Source: Andalucia godoyi And28 (Eukaryota > Protista > Jakobida). Taken from it: DNA of 64,000 nt. The stretch covers positions 93,987 through 157,986 of the forward strand of contig VRVR01000036.1 in assembly GCA_009859145.1 (NCBI GenBank), given 5' to 3'. The translations under genes were made by a program, and so were the position numbers. Of this stretch, positions 1-11,325 are shown piece after piece (positions within the stretch are counted from its first letter, which is position 1; every line of letters starts with the position of its first letter). The notes under the pieces were generated by a model. It did not search any database and had not been told where the DNA came from. It worked only from the letters and a program-made list of their open reading frames with translations.

Positions 1-154
1 ATGGCTGCTTTTCGCGCAAAGTCGCAGCAATCAAAATCCAGCAATTCTCGTGTCTCCGCTTTTCTTTTCTTCATTTTCTTTTCTTTTCATTTCTTCTTAT
101 AATTTTTATTTAAATATATTTTTGTGTGTGATTTGTGAGAATAGAGTTGAGGGG

Positions 155-1579
155 ATGAAACACGGAAGAAGAAAAGTGTCAAAGCGAGTTTTGCAGTATT
201 ATTCGACTCATTTTCGATTTCACCGGCCACACAGAGTGCTGTGTGATGGACCGTTTCTGCATGCGGTGACGACTGCCAAGCTTGATCTTGCAGTTTGTCT
301 GCGGAATCTGATGCTCGGAACTGACTTTTCTGATGTTCGGGCGTTCACAACAATCGAAGTCGTTCAGGAGTTGGCAAGACTAGGTCCAACCTATGCGGAT
401 ACGCTGCAGCTGGCGCGATCCTTGCCGAAAATGTCAGACTCTACGGTTCCTGCAGAGGCGCAATCAACTCTTGCTGGCTTTGCAGAGCGCATTTCACCCA
501 TCCCAAAAGCGAAATTAGAGAAAAACGAAGTCCTGAGCTTGCTGTGCAACCTTTCAGCACTCAACTCAGAGCTGGTGCAGCGTGGACAAGACGCCATTGT
601 CGCGCGGCATCATGACAATGGCTCCGACAGGGACCAGCACAAGGACGAAGACACTGCTCCTGTGGATAATCGAAAAGCAATCGATGGGACAGAATCGATT
701 GTGCGGATTGTTTCGCGCGGAAATCCGTGCTTGGTTCGAGCCGCGCTGCTGTGTGTTTCGACAGTGATGGCTAAACACAGACCAATCCCCGTCATGCTTT
801 CCGAAATCGAAACGAGATGGACTCGAGCCCTGACACGCGCCTTTGAGATTGTAGGGAAAATTGATCCTGCAGTGTTCTCGCCAAATATTGACCGGTTCTA
901 CGTCGCATCGCAGGTACCGTCAGTCCAGGCACTGGCCCACGCAATTCCGGGGGTTCCAGTCATTTTCACGGAACGTGGAGTTGTGATGATGGAACAGCAG
1001 CCGGGATATGGATCCAAATTGCTTGTGGAGGTCATTGAAAAGCAAAAACTTGGCGTTGTGGAGGGAATCAGGCCTGTTGCACTACCAAATTTCGGAAATC
1101 CGAATGCACCTGCAGAGGTCCCCGAAACCGCACTGGAGGTTGTCCATCGCAAAAAGAAAATCAAGGGTCCGAACCCGCTTTCCTGCAAAAAGAAGACTTT
1201 AGACACTGAGAAGAAGAAGGAGAAGAAGCCTGAAAAGCCGGAAGCAGGAAGCTGTCAGGCTCAGGGTGCGAGCGGTGCTGTACACCTCGATGATGATGAT
1301 GCAGGAGACAAGAATGATCAAATCAGCAAGGCTGCAACAACGGATGCGACGACTGCGGTGAGCGGTGTCGTCAACGCAGCGGAATCCACGGACACATCTC
1401 GAAACAAGAGAAAACGCAGGAGGAAACATGCGTCTCGACGCAAAAGTGGAAACACAGCATCCAACAACGGCGGTAATGATGATAGCAACGACGACAACGA
1501 CAACGACGACGACAGAGATTCTTCGCCACCCGCGAAGAAGCAAAGATCCAGTGGTGCCAAACACGATAACAATGAATAA
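155..1579 (+). CDS. UTP23: rRNA-processing protein Utp23 (PIN-like domain)
   Basis: Starts MKHGRRK..., has LCDGPF (PIN N-terminus), IPGVPVIF and C-terminal GPNPLSCKKK typical of Utp23, then a basic/acidic tail. Start moved from 50 to ATG 155. Confidence 0.85.
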   Translation: MKHGRRKVSKRVLQYYSTHFRFHRPHRVLCDGPFLHAVTTAKLDLAVCLRNLMLGTDFSDVRAFTTIEVVQELARLGPTYADTLQLARSLPKMSDSTVPAEAQSTLAGFAERISPIPKAKLEKNEVLSLLCNLSALNSELVQRGQDAIVARHHDNGSDRDQHKDEDTAPVDNRKAIDGTESIVRIVSRGNPCLVRAALLCVSTVMAKHRPIPVMLSEIETRWTRALTRAFEIVGKIDPAVFSPNIDRFYVASQVPSVQALAHAIPGVPVIFTERGVVMMEQQPGYGSKLLVEVIEKQKLGVVEGIRPVALPNFGNPNAPAEVPETALEVVHRKKKIKGPNPLSCKKKTLDTEKKKEKKPEKPEAGSCQAQGASGAVHLDDDDAGDKNDQISKAATTDATTAVSGVVNAAESTDTSRNKRKRRRKHASRRKSGNTASNNGGNDDSNDDNDNDDDRDSSPPAKKQRSSGAKHDNNE

Positions 1580-1672
1580 TCAATGTGCATAGAAGTAACT
1601 CTTAGAAGTGCGTCAGCTCTGGACTCTAATTCATTTTTTTTTCCCTCTTCTCCAGCCTGTTGTTTCTGTTGT

Positions 1673-4144
1673 TTATGATGATGATTCATGTGCACTGCGT
1701 CCATGTGGTGAACGGAACGAGAATCCCCACTCCGAAGAAATCTTGCTGCTATCCACAATGCGGTTTCCCCCGTGAATGGAAGTGAGGCCCTTGACATCCG
1801 GCTGCCGTTCTGCATCCTCCACCTGCTTGACGGAGTCAAGCAAGCCAAGGTCAACTGCAATGCCAGCATAAAACTGTCGTCGCTTCTCGTGCAGCGGTGC
1901 AGTGACACTCCACACTCCAGAAGAGTGCTGCATCACAGCATATCCCAATGCTCGTGTGATATCCTCCATCGGAGATACATTCATGGGGAACGAGGTCGAT
2001 GATTCCACAAGCATGCGAGCGATGTCGAAGCGAGAGCATTCGCTGAGAGGACTTGATGCGGCCGAGGATCCGCATCGTTTCTGCAGTGCGCCGGAAAGCA
2101 CGCTTTGCACGCGGCCATGCCATCCGGGGAACGAGTCGTCCAAGATTTCACCCAAACGCAGAATGGAAACCCGAGGAAACGTGTTGGGCTGCAGCATGTT
2201 CTGTTCTTGCAAGGTCTTGATAGCGCGAATTGAGAATGGAGGATCCGCAACATCCAGCATTGCTTGAATCCGCGCCGGAATATCCTGCATGACGGCTTCT
2301 GTCCTTCTCAGAATCCTGGAAGACACCGAAGCAAGGGTCGCTGAGTCGATTGGTGCATCGTCCTCGTGGACTACCACTGGTTGATCGCCAGTCGATGAAT
2401 TCGGGTACACGGACGTTGAGGAAACGTAGACAATGCGGCTGCAAGTGAAGAAGCCATTTTCTGCGAGCTTCGTGATCGCATCCGACACCGTCTGTGCAGT
2501 CTGCAAATAGCAGTTTGTGTATGCAGCCTCTGCGCCTTGTGATGCAACGTCCTCGCGAGACGGGGCAACGCAGACAACAAGGACAGTCGTCCGTCGTTTT
2601 TCGATCAGTGCGGCAAGGTCATCGGATGCCGTTCGATGAGAACAGTCGAATTTTTCCACGTGGAACCGGATGGCCGGGGGCATGAACGCGTAGCGAGCAC
2701 GAAGAGACGAAGATGGGTTGCGAGACGTCACGGTGACCGAGGACGCAAATGGGCTGAGAACCGGCAGACCGTTTTCCTGGCTGGAGTACACGTATCGCAA
2801 AAACGATTCCGTCAAGTTGCCCGATCCGATGAACAGCATGGAGTCGTGTTGCAAAGGCAGACTGCCCTGCTTTGTTATTGGAGCCGCTGCACGCGGATGC
2901 TCAAAATACTCGGTCATGATGCTTGCGAGTAGATTGTTCGAGGCGATCAGGAACGGAGACTGAAAGGACTCCATGCTTGATTTTGGCGTCCAGGCAAACG
3001 ACTTTGCGCCCTTTGGAAGCTGTTGCAGGCACGCTTCTCGTCCATCGTACACCGGTCGCGAACCGTCGAACTTGACGATTGCTGCGCCGGCCGCCGTCAG
3101 AATGGCTTCTGGCCCACACAAATCCCACAGAGAACAAGATCCGGAAACATTGAAATACAAGTTGGCACGCCCGTGCGCGATCAGGCAAGCCTTCAGTCCA
3201 AGCGACCCGATTGTGATTCCCTGCCACAGGTTGTTTCGTGGCACCGCTGGACCAACAAGCCCTCTCCGCACCAAGTAGTCGCACACCGAGATTGCGTACT
3301 CGTGGTCCTCCTCTCTTGCCACCGCCTCTACCGCCGTGGTCCCCCGACTCCGAGCCTGCGCATCCAGGGAATACTGCGAGGGAAACAGCTGTTCATAGCG
3401 AGGATCATAATGAGACCGAGACACAAACAATCGCAGTGGGAACTCCACCGTCTCATCCCTCGTGCCTGCGCCCTCGGCAACCGCCCCAATGCACTCTGCA
3501 TCGACCGTTGACTTAGCCTCGTCCACGAAGAACGATCCGCCGAGAATGGATCCGCCAAAGTACAGCCACTTTTGCACCGGGCAATAGCAAACTCCAATCA
3601 GCGGCGTTGCATCTGTAGACGCAAGCCCGATCATCACGCACCAATCCTCACGCTTCGCCGCAAACTCTGCGGTCCCATCAATCGGGTCTACGAACCACAC
3701 GCGCTTCCTGACCCTTTTCGATATCAAGGACAGAAACGTGTCGCCCAGGCTCGCCGATTCCTCTGCACACACAATGTCATCCGGAAACTGTGCCGAGAGC
3801 TGCGCCATCACATACTCGTTCACCTGCTTGTCCGCATTCGTTACCGGGTTCGAAGGACCTGTCTCTCTCCCCCCCACGGTGAAGTAATTCGCAATTCACA
3901 CAAGTCGAAACATTAGGTTCATGATGAAGAACAAGAACAAGAATAAAGAAGGCGGGAAGGGTGGAAACAAACCTTTGGATTCGACGGTAACGAGCGCGTC
4001 AAAGTTCTGAAAGAAATGAAACGCTTGTGAACCGGCTTCTCGCGCAATGCGGATCGATGCCTCCAGCTCGGACGAGTACGGAACCCGTGAGAAGATCTCC
4101 GACAGACTCGTCACCACGCCTTTCCGAAATCCCAACGCCGTCAT
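1673..4144 (-). CDS. CysQ/inositol-monophosphatase-family phosphatase fused to a C-terminal atypical (YeeZ-like) SDR/epimerase domain; 2 exons (4144-3973, 3858-1673)
   Basis: A GT..AG intron at 3972-3859 gives VESKGPSNPVTNAD. FIG-family motifs AEES, WFVDPIDGTAEF and WDLCGPEAIL follow. The C-terminal half has FIGSGNL, RIVYVSSTSVYP, SILRLGEI and RIVDSSKI. Confidence 0.8.
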
Positions 4145-4350
4145 GATTGCTCTTTCCGACCCAGAAAATGCATGAAGATCAATAATACTAATAATTTACT
4201 AAAAACCACCACCATAAATAGAATACATAACAAAATGAAACAAAATAAATAACAGTTGCATCGAAGATTTGAATGAGTCCCCTTTTTCCTATTCAAGTAG
4301 TTTTATTTTACGTACGACAGAAAAACATGATAGGGAAAAACAGAAACGGC

Positions 4351-4974
4351 TCAGAGAGACGGGATGCGGGAATTGCGGAACAAGAGAGGAGAGTATCCGC
4401 GCTTCTCGAGACGTTCAACAAGTCCTCGAAGCCACCTTTTGGAGACCCTTTGCACCGTGCGTTTGATCGTGACTCGTTTTTCCCCGGACGCCGTGATGAT
4501 GGATGTGGGAGTGGGTGTGGATGTGCTGATGCGGCCCGTCGCAGACAGATACTCGGACACCTCCTCCAAAAACTCGCTCTGCGTGACGGGCATGTTAAGC
4601 GATGCACGCGTAGCGACGTAGGCGTACATCTTCTCCTCCTCCTCGGACGTCAACAGCGGAGGTCGCCCGCCCGTTCCAAACACGGACACAACCTCCTCAA
4701 GCTCGTCCCACTGCACATACTCCATCAGTGCCGCCGGGATGATGCTGTAGCGCTCCTCACCCTCGCTTGGCTCCACTCGCTGAAACGACGCAGTCCCACG
4801 CAGTCGATGCATCTCCTCTGCCTTGTCGTTCAGCAAGTCGACAACGACGCCGTAGTAGATCTTTACGTACTTGCGTACCGTCCTCTCAGGAGACAGCAAC
4901 TGGCTGTACGGTGTCCGGTACACCAAGTACTGCAGAACGTCTTGCGTCAGACATCCAACAGTCGACTCTCTCAT
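4351..4974 (-). CDS. Protein with pogo/Tc5 (CENP-B-type) HTH DNA-binding domain, no DDE domain
   Basis: GGRPPLLTSEEEEKMYAYV...PVTQSEFLEEVSEYL...VSKRWLRGLVER resembles HTH_Tnp_Tc5 of pogo/Fot1 transposases. Confidence 0.55.
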   Translation of the reverse strand: MRESTVGCLTQDVLQYLVYRTPYSQLLSPERTVRKYVKIYYGVVVDLLNDKAEEMHRLRGTASFQRVEPSEGEERYSIIPAALMEYVQWDELEEVVSVFGTGGRPPLLTSEEEEKMYAYVATRASLNMPVTQSEFLEEVSEYLSATGRISTSTPTPTSIITASGEKRVTIKRTVQRVSKRWLRGLVERLEKRGYSPLLFRNSRIPSL

Positions 4975-5327
4975 TCCCCTCGCCGTATCTCCCCTCCTCC
5001 TCCGTCAATATTCCGTTGCAGAAATCTTTCTGAAAACTAAAATTCCGATCGTTGGATGCCTTTTCATCACGTTTCCAGGAATTTAGGCGCCAAACGCAGT
5101 TGAGTCACTCGTTTGAGGTGTGCTGTTGCTGCATATATGCAGCGTGTGTGTTTTCCACGATGTGCATAGCGCATACTCGGCAGCAAAGTCAGTTTATTTA
5201 TTTATTTTTTTGGTTTTTTTAATTTAAAACACTTCCGTTGTTGCATAGTGCATGTTTTTTCCGAGCATTCGTACCTCGCTGATCGATCGTAGAGTCGTGG
5301 AGCACCCCCGACGTCCAAAAAAAGAGG

Positions 5328-6317
5328 ATGATGATGGGAAGTCAAAGAGTTCATCGACATTCGCTGTCTTTTCTGTATCCGAGTTTGGCGCGACTACGGT
5401 CGTTGGGGGAGGCGGAGGCCAGGAAGGATGATGGGCCGCTGGTTGTTTCCGAGGCGTTTGACGTGATTGTTCTGAACTGGCGGCTGCCTGGTTTTTTCAC
5501 GCATCTGTGGGACCGGGCATCGCTGCGGATTTGTGCAGACGGTGCGCTGAACCGGATTGCGGCGTGGGCGGGGTGTCGAGGGTTTGGGTTGTTTCAGAGG
5601 ATATCAACAACGTCGGCAGAACGAGCGGGATGGCTGCCAGACGTGGTCGTCGGAGATTTGGATTCGGCAGACGGGGAGCTTGTGGAGAGGCTTGTGCGGG
5701 AGCATGGCGGGCGGCGGATCGCGGTCGATGCGGGACCGGTTGCAGGCATGACGTATGATGCGCGGGCAGGAGTCTGGGCGAATGTGGACGTGTCTGGCAT
5801 TCGTCCGGGACAGCCACCATGGATTGTGCGTGTGCCGGACCAGAACTCCAGCGACATTTCAAAGTGCATCGCGATGTGGCAGCACATACCGCGGCACAAG
5901 CGCAGCAGTACGTTGTGCATCGTTGGGTCGTTTGGCGGCCGGATGGATCATCAGATCGCGCACTTGCAGGCGCTGTACGCGTTCTCGGACCCCGCAGACA
6001 GCATTGTGCTTCTGGGGGATGCAAGCGCCTCGCTGCTGCTGCACGGTAGCACGCAGGACTGTGCGGTAGAGAACGTCATTCACCATAGGTGGGGAGAGTA
6101 TGAGGGCTCGTACTGCGCTCTTGTCCCGCTCGTCCCGTGCCGCTCAGTCACCACCAAGGGTCTCGTGTGGAACCTGCACAACGAACCTCTGCGCTTCGGA
6201 AAAGGGGGCCTCGTAAGCACCTCCAACAAGATCGATCCTCAATCGCACGTTGTGTCCGTCCGTACCGACGAACCACTCGTCTGGATGATCGGCATCCCAT
6301 CGGCTTCCGAGCCATGA
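5328..6317 (+). CDS. TPK1: Thiamine pyrophosphokinase
   Basis: ICADGALN, VVGDLDS, DQNSSDISK, GSFGGRMDHQIAH, TTKGLVWNL and LVSTSN motifs. Confidence 0.92.
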   Translation: MMMGSQRVHRHSLSFLYPSLARLRSLGEAEARKDDGPLVVSEAFDVIVLNWRLPGFFTHLWDRASLRICADGALNRIAAWAGCRGFGLFQRISTTSAERAGWLPDVVVGDLDSADGELVERLVREHGGRRIAVDAGPVAGMTYDARAGVWANVDVSGIRPGQPPWIVRVPDQNSSDISKCIAMWQHIPRHKRSSTLCIVGSFGGRMDHQIAHLQALYAFSDPADSIVLLGDASASLLLHGSTQDCAVENVIHHRWGEYEGSYCALVPLVPCRSVTTKGLVWNLHNEPLRFGKGGLVSTSNKIDPQSHVVSVRTDEPLVWMIGIPSASEP

Positions 6318-6545
6318 AGCTCAAGAAGGAAAGCAGAAGGAGAAACGAAGAACAACATTACCAATAATAACAATAATAAGTTCTCGCCAATATATATGGA
6401 AGGGAACACGAATGCGAGAAGGGTGTTTACTTTTGGAAAACCAAATCGAAAGCAGCAGAGCTTGCTTCATTCAGCAAAGAGAAAAACCACAATCCAAAAT
6501 CAAAGAAGAAGAAGAAAAAACAAGCGACGAGCAGGCAATGAGAAA

Positions 6546-8615
6546 TTAATCTTCAACATCGAGCGTGAATTCGTCGTCCTTCTTCTGACGACCGCGGGTG
6601 CCGGTGACGCGAGATCCTCCGGTCGCAGACGCTGCCGGTCCGGCGAACTCATCGACAGGAGCGGGAGCAGCCGCACTCCAATCTGCAAGTGCGTCCAAGA
6701 ACTGGATGGGCGTCCAGATTCGCTCCGTTGCGATGCACAGATCCCATGCAGATTTTCCACTGTACTCCTGGGCAGCCTCGTGAAGAGCACGCAGCTCCGA
6801 GTAGGTACATCCTCCCACAACATAGAAGCACAGCTTCGGTCTCTTCTCGTCCCACACATCTGGGTCATCTTCCTTCTCCTTCTTCGCAGTGGATGACGCA
6901 CTTGCCGCAGTATTGTCTTCCTCCTTCTTGCGGCCACCCCAACGACGGCCCCCAGCGCTGGAGCGAAGGGATCGAGCAGCAGTGGCGTCGCCAGACGCAG
7001 CTTCGTCCTCGTCATCGTCTCGATTCGCCGTGCGGCCTGCCTTTGCAGGGTTGTAACTCGACTTGGCTTCCTTTCCTCCCATGTACGGATACTCGGAATC
7101 CGGAAGAGAATTCTTTAACTGCGCAACAATGATGTCTTTCAGCAACGGCACATACCGCGAGAACTCGAACGGAACATCAGTCTCGTTGTTGCCGCCGCCG
7201 CTCTTTTTCTTGGAAGCAAAGCGAGACTGCTGCCTTTGAATGTTCTTCGATGCGCCACGTCCGATTGCAACTTGGACACCAAAGAAGGACAGGTTTCGCA
7301 CAGCTTCCTGCTCGTTCTGGTCCAGGCCCGCTGCAGAAAACAGTGCCTTTCGCTGCGTTTCCTTCACACCACCAATACAAACAATGTAAATCATAATCAA
7401 GCGAACCTTGTCTTCGTGAGAGATCGCGGGATTGTCCAGCAAAGACAAGACATCGTTCGCAAGTCTCTTTTGCTGGGTCGACGACGCATCACCGCAGGCC
7501 ATCAGTTGCTCCAACTGGGCCAGCACGTCAAGCTGGCGCGAATGGAACTGTTTCATGCAAGCTGAGACCAGGGTCAAATGCAGCGAACATTGATTGATCT
7601 TTGCCGTGTACTCGGGCATTTTCTTGAGCACTGCCGCTACATTCCTGGATGACACATCCATACCTTGCTCGGGCAGCTGGGACTGGATATACTGGATTAC
7701 CTCTGCAATGTGGGTGTGCTTCAGCGAAGCCCACAAAGGATCGGCGGCATCGGACAACAGCGCCATTCGGCTCTCCTTCTCACCCTTTCCATTGGTATAG
7801 TCATACACAAACAACGGCGGACTCTCCCCACGCAACGAGGCCTGGGCGCCTTTCCCGTCCTTTGATTGCTCCTGGTGCGAGAAGATCACATCATGCGCCA
7901 TGGCCTCGTATGTAAACTCGTGCAACAGCGGCGCAACGACATCCACAGAGCGGTCCACAAAGACGATCAGGTCCTTCTTTTCTGCAGCCGCACTCGACGA
8001 TCGCGATGGTCGTTCCGATCCCGAACTGACGGCAGCCACGGACGGCGCCACCTGCTGATAGGCCCACGCCATTCTCTTGGCCTCCTCTGTCGTTCCATGG
8101 CGCACCGCCGCATTCGGAAGGAAGGACGCCAGCTGCTTTGCGTAAGACAGTCGATCGCGGTCGCCAGCTGCATACGGATCCGCTGGCGCAGAAAGCAAAA
8201 GCATCGCTCTCGGGTCGACAGACAGATACTCACAGCGCACATCCTTCAACGCCGCCACGTACTTCTCCACAGGCGCAAGCATCTCCAACAGATTGTCAGG
8301 AAGCGGCGATGTGGTGTAGATGGCTGCAGACTTGTACTTTGGTTTCTTGTCGCTGAAATCTGCAATGATTTGCTCAATTGACTCCTTGGTCGCGCGCACA
8401 AAGTAGATCGCAGCGAGCGGAAGCGCCTGTCTGTTCTTGTTATCCAGCGGCTCAACCACTGGCACTCCCTTGTGTGTCAGCTCCGAAATTGACGTGCACG
8501 ACGACAGAATCGGAAGCGCAAACGAGTCCACAATCAACACATGCGGGGTCCGGATCGAACAGCCCGAAAGCATGTCCTCAAGAATCCGCCGCGCAGTCGC
8601 CTTTGGAATGTGCAT
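6546..8615 (-). CDS. Sec1/Munc18 (SM) family vesicle-fusion protein
   Basis: AAIYFV, DRSVDVVAPLLHEFTYEAMAHD, WASLKHTHIAEV, DKVRLIMIY, FSRYVP and FYVVGGCTYSELR. A short upstream exon is possible. Confidence 0.92.
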   Translation of the reverse strand: MHIPKATARRILEDMLSGCSIRTPHVLIVDSFALPILSSCTSISELTHKGVPVVEPLDNKNRQALPLAAIYFVRATKESIEQIIADFSDKKPKYKSAAIYTTSPLPDNLLEMLAPVEKYVAALKDVRCEYLSVDPRAMLLLSAPADPYAAGDRDRLSYAKQLASFLPNAAVRHGTTEEAKRMAWAYQQVAPSVAAVSSGSERPSRSSSAAAEKKDLIVFVDRSVDVVAPLLHEFTYEAMAHDVIFSHQEQSKDGKGAQASLRGESPPLFVYDYTNGKGEKESRMALLSDAADPLWASLKHTHIAEVIQYIQSQLPEQGMDVSSRNVAAVLKKMPEYTAKINQCSLHLTLVSACMKQFHSRQLDVLAQLEQLMACGDASSTQQKRLANDVLSLLDNPAISHEDKVRLIMIYIVCIGGVKETQRKALFSAAGLDQNEQEAVRNLSFFGVQVAIGRGASKNIQRQQSRFASKKKSGGGNNETDVPFEFSRYVPLLKDIIVAQLKNSLPDSEYPYMGGKEAKSSYNPAKAGRTANRDDDEDEAASGDATAARSLRSSAGGRRWGGRKKEEDNTAASASSTAKKEKEDDPDVWDEKRPKLCFYVVGGCTYSELRALHEAAQEYSGKSAWDLCIATERIWTPIQFLDALADWSAAAPAPVDEFAGPAASATGGSRVTGTRGRQKKDDEFTLDVED

Positions 8616-9112
8616 TCGCAGTCCTCAGAAACAATAAGCTAGAAACCTGCCCACCTTTGCCACACACAAAAACGAATCTTAAGGGAATAAAAGAAGAAGG
8701 GAAAAATTAACTGAAAAACGACTGCATAAAAGAAACCCCAAAAGAAAAAGAAGACGAACGAAACCGAAACGAAAAGGATGGCTCTTTACTGGAGGAAGCC
8801 TTTGCAAGTCGAGAGCACACGGAAACCCTTTTTCTGGTTCTGGTCTCACGTGATGCCTGCGTTTATTTTTTGTGTACGTACGAGCAGTGCTGGCAAGCCC
8901 CGATCGAAACTTGTCGACTCTCATATATATATATATATTTTTTTCTTCTCCTTGGTCAATCAGTCATCTGGTGGGGGCGCTTGTCCGCTGCTTTTTCAAT
9001 TTTGTTATTTGTTCCTTATCTTTTTTTTTTAATAATTTTGGCTTTTTGGCTTTTATTTATTATTGTTGTTTTTTTGTTTGGAGAGGGTGGTGATAGCGTG
9101 AGATCGGAAAGA

Positions 9113-9769
9113 ATGACGATCACACTTGGATACTGGGCGATTCGGGGGCTTGCGAATCCGATCCGTGCGCTGTTGTTTTATGCAGATGCCGACTACGATG
9201 AGCAGTTCTATGTCACAGGGGATGGTCCGGCGTACGACCGCTCAGAATGGTTGGATGCGAAGGACAAGCTCGGGCTGGAGTTTCCGAACCTTCCGTACCT
9301 GATTGATGGAGATCGTAAGATCACCCAGTCCTTGGCGATCTTGCGGTATGTTGCTCGCAAGTTTGGGTACATGCCCACGAACGAGGACGATCTTGTGGAT
9401 GCGGAAATGCTCGAGGGAACAGTCATGGATTTGAAGAATGGATTCACACAGATGTGTTACTCGCCGGGGTTCGAGAGATCCAAGCCGGCCTTCCTGGCGT
9501 CACTGCCCAACCAGCTGGTTCGCTTTGAGAACAAGCTCGCCAACAAGGAGTTCCTCGTGGGCAACGGCAGCCGTATCTACTACATTGACTTTCTCTTCTA
9601 TGAGACTCTGTCCATCCTGGACAAGTTTGCACCAGAGGTGATGGATACCTTCCCCAACTTGAAGGCTTTCATGAAACGCTACGACGAGCTTCCCCAGATT
9701 AAAAAGTTCCGAGCGTCGCCAAAGTACTTTGACGGCCCAATCAACAACAAGATGGCGTTCTTCAAGTAA
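9113..9769 (+). CDS. Glutathione S-transferase, mu-class-like
   Basis: MTITLGYWAIRGLA, LGLEFPNLPYLIDGD, ITQSLAILRY and C-terminal PINNKMA. Start taken at ATG 9113. Confidence 0.93.
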   Translation: MTITLGYWAIRGLANPIRALLFYADADYDEQFYVTGDGPAYDRSEWLDAKDKLGLEFPNLPYLIDGDRKITQSLAILRYVARKFGYMPTNEDDLVDAEMLEGTVMDLKNGFTQMCYSPGFERSKPAFLASLPNQLVRFENKLANKEFLVGNGSRIYYIDFLFYETLSILDKFAPEVMDTFPNLKAFMKRYDELPQIKKFRASPKYFDGPINNKMAFFK

Positions 9770-9937
9770 TGCATTACCGTTACTTGCACGTTGCTTGTGT
9801 GTGTGTGTGTGTGTGTGCGTGTGCTTCAATGGGGTGATTATTTTAGCCGAGTATTAAAATATTGGATTGAGTAATCCCTTGGGGAGAGCTAATTTTTTTA
9901 ATTAAAAAAAGAGACCGGGTTGGTTGCACTTTCTGTT

Positions 9938-11041
9938 TCACTCGTGCGTGCGTGGACGCCATCCAAGGTACTTCTCGAATGCATTTTCAAGAGGAACGGC
10001 CATCTTCGAGTGGCCTTGCACGGACGGGTGGCCGTCGCAACCATAATCAGACGACTCGGTGAGAACATGCATGTCGACGTACGCAACTCTTTGGAATAGA
10101 CCATAGGAAGAAGCGACGCTCTGCACGTACTCGCAACAAGGATTCTGAATCATCGGGCCGCAAAGCATGAAGATCCAGGTATCCTTTCCGTAATTCGAAC
10201 GGATGCGCTGCACCAGGTTGTGGTACCCATTTTCAAACACGTTTTGAGGAGGCTGTGGAGCCACGGAATAGTCGTTGGTACCGAGATTGATGACAACTGC
10301 AGAAGGAACCCACGAAGAAAAGTTCCACGCATTCTCCGGAGATTCTGGGTAATTTGCGACAATGCGTCCATAGTATGTGGGAAAGGGATCTGGTGATGTA
10401 GTATTGGGGGCAGCATAGTTGCGCACCATTCCCTTTCCACTCCAGCACGTAATGTGCAGATCAGCCCCCATCGACTGAGCAGCAATATTCTCATACGAAT
10501 ACACTGCATCCTCGGTATTCGGTGAGAAGTGGCAGCCGGTCTTTCCGAGGTTTCCGTATGCGCACGTAATCGAGTCTCCGATCAACTCAATGGATCTGGA
10601 TGACAAGGGATGCGAGCATGCCTGGAACAAGTCTGCCGAAAACGAATGGATCGTCGTGACACCCGTCAGTGCTTCAGTTCTCTTTCGGATTGCGAACTGG
10701 TGAAATTCACCAGTTCCCGACTGCGATTTCCATAATGTGTGCACCGTAGCGGTCGTCGACGTTGACAAGTTGAGCAGCCCAACGACGGCTCCATCAAGAA
10801 TTACATCAAACTGGCTCCCGAGAGATCCGCCAGTGTCGGACAACGTCACACTCAGAACAGCTGTCGTTGCGCAGAAAGACAGCTGAGTCAGGCTCCAGTC
10901 AAGAGACACAGACTGGTCTGCATTCTGCAAAACACGTCCGTCGCGCCAGACAATTGGGTCCGAGGCAGGCAGATCAACCGCAAAAACAAGACCGCAGAAC
11001 AATACGCAAACAGAAAGCAAAAGGCCTAACCGGGAACGCAT
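9938..11041 (-). CDS. Secreted SGNH/GDSL carbohydrate esterase (CE2 / endoglucanase-E-like)
   Basis: Signal peptide, IELIGDSITCAYG, WSGKG, VVINLGTND and DGHPSVQGH. Confidence 0.85.
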   Translation of the reverse strand: MRSRLGLLLSVCVLFCGLVFAVDLPASDPIVWRDGRVLQNADQSVSLDWSLTQLSFCATTAVLSVTLSDTGGSLGSQFDVILDGAVVGLLNLSTSTTATVHTLWKSQSGTGEFHQFAIRKRTEALTGVTTIHSFSADLFQACSHPLSSRSIELIGDSITCAYGNLGKTGCHFSPNTEDAVYSYENIAAQSMGADLHITCWSGKGMVRNYAAPNTTSPDPFPTYYGRIVANYPESPENAWNFSSWVPSAVVINLGTNDYSVAPQPPQNVFENGYHNLVQRIRSNYGKDTWIFMLCGPMIQNPCCEYVQSVASSYGLFQRVAYVDMHVLTESSDYGCDGHPSVQGHSKMAVPLENAFEKYLGWRPRTHE

Positions 11042-11325
11042 CCTTTTTTTTTTTAATTCTGCGTTCGTCTTGTCGTTTTCTCGGCCTTAAACAAACCCCA
11101 GCGAATTGCATTAATAAAAATTAAATTAAAAGAATTGCGGATCGCACGAATCAAAAGAGCGCTCGGGGGGAAACTGCCCGAGCCGGGGGGGGTTACAACA
11201 GACGCTGCACGAGGAACTGCAGTGGAGGGAGGAAGAGGCGGAAGCACTTGGGGGGACGGACCACTCGCACACATGTCGATTCTTTGATCTCCGAGGAACT
11301 CTCGGGCACTTGGAAATCTCGAGAC

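Noticed and set aside
4273-5040. 255-aa + strand ORF and the many other 60-270 aa overlapping ORFs in the track
   Set aside because: These are antisense or alternate-frame shadows of better-supported genes.
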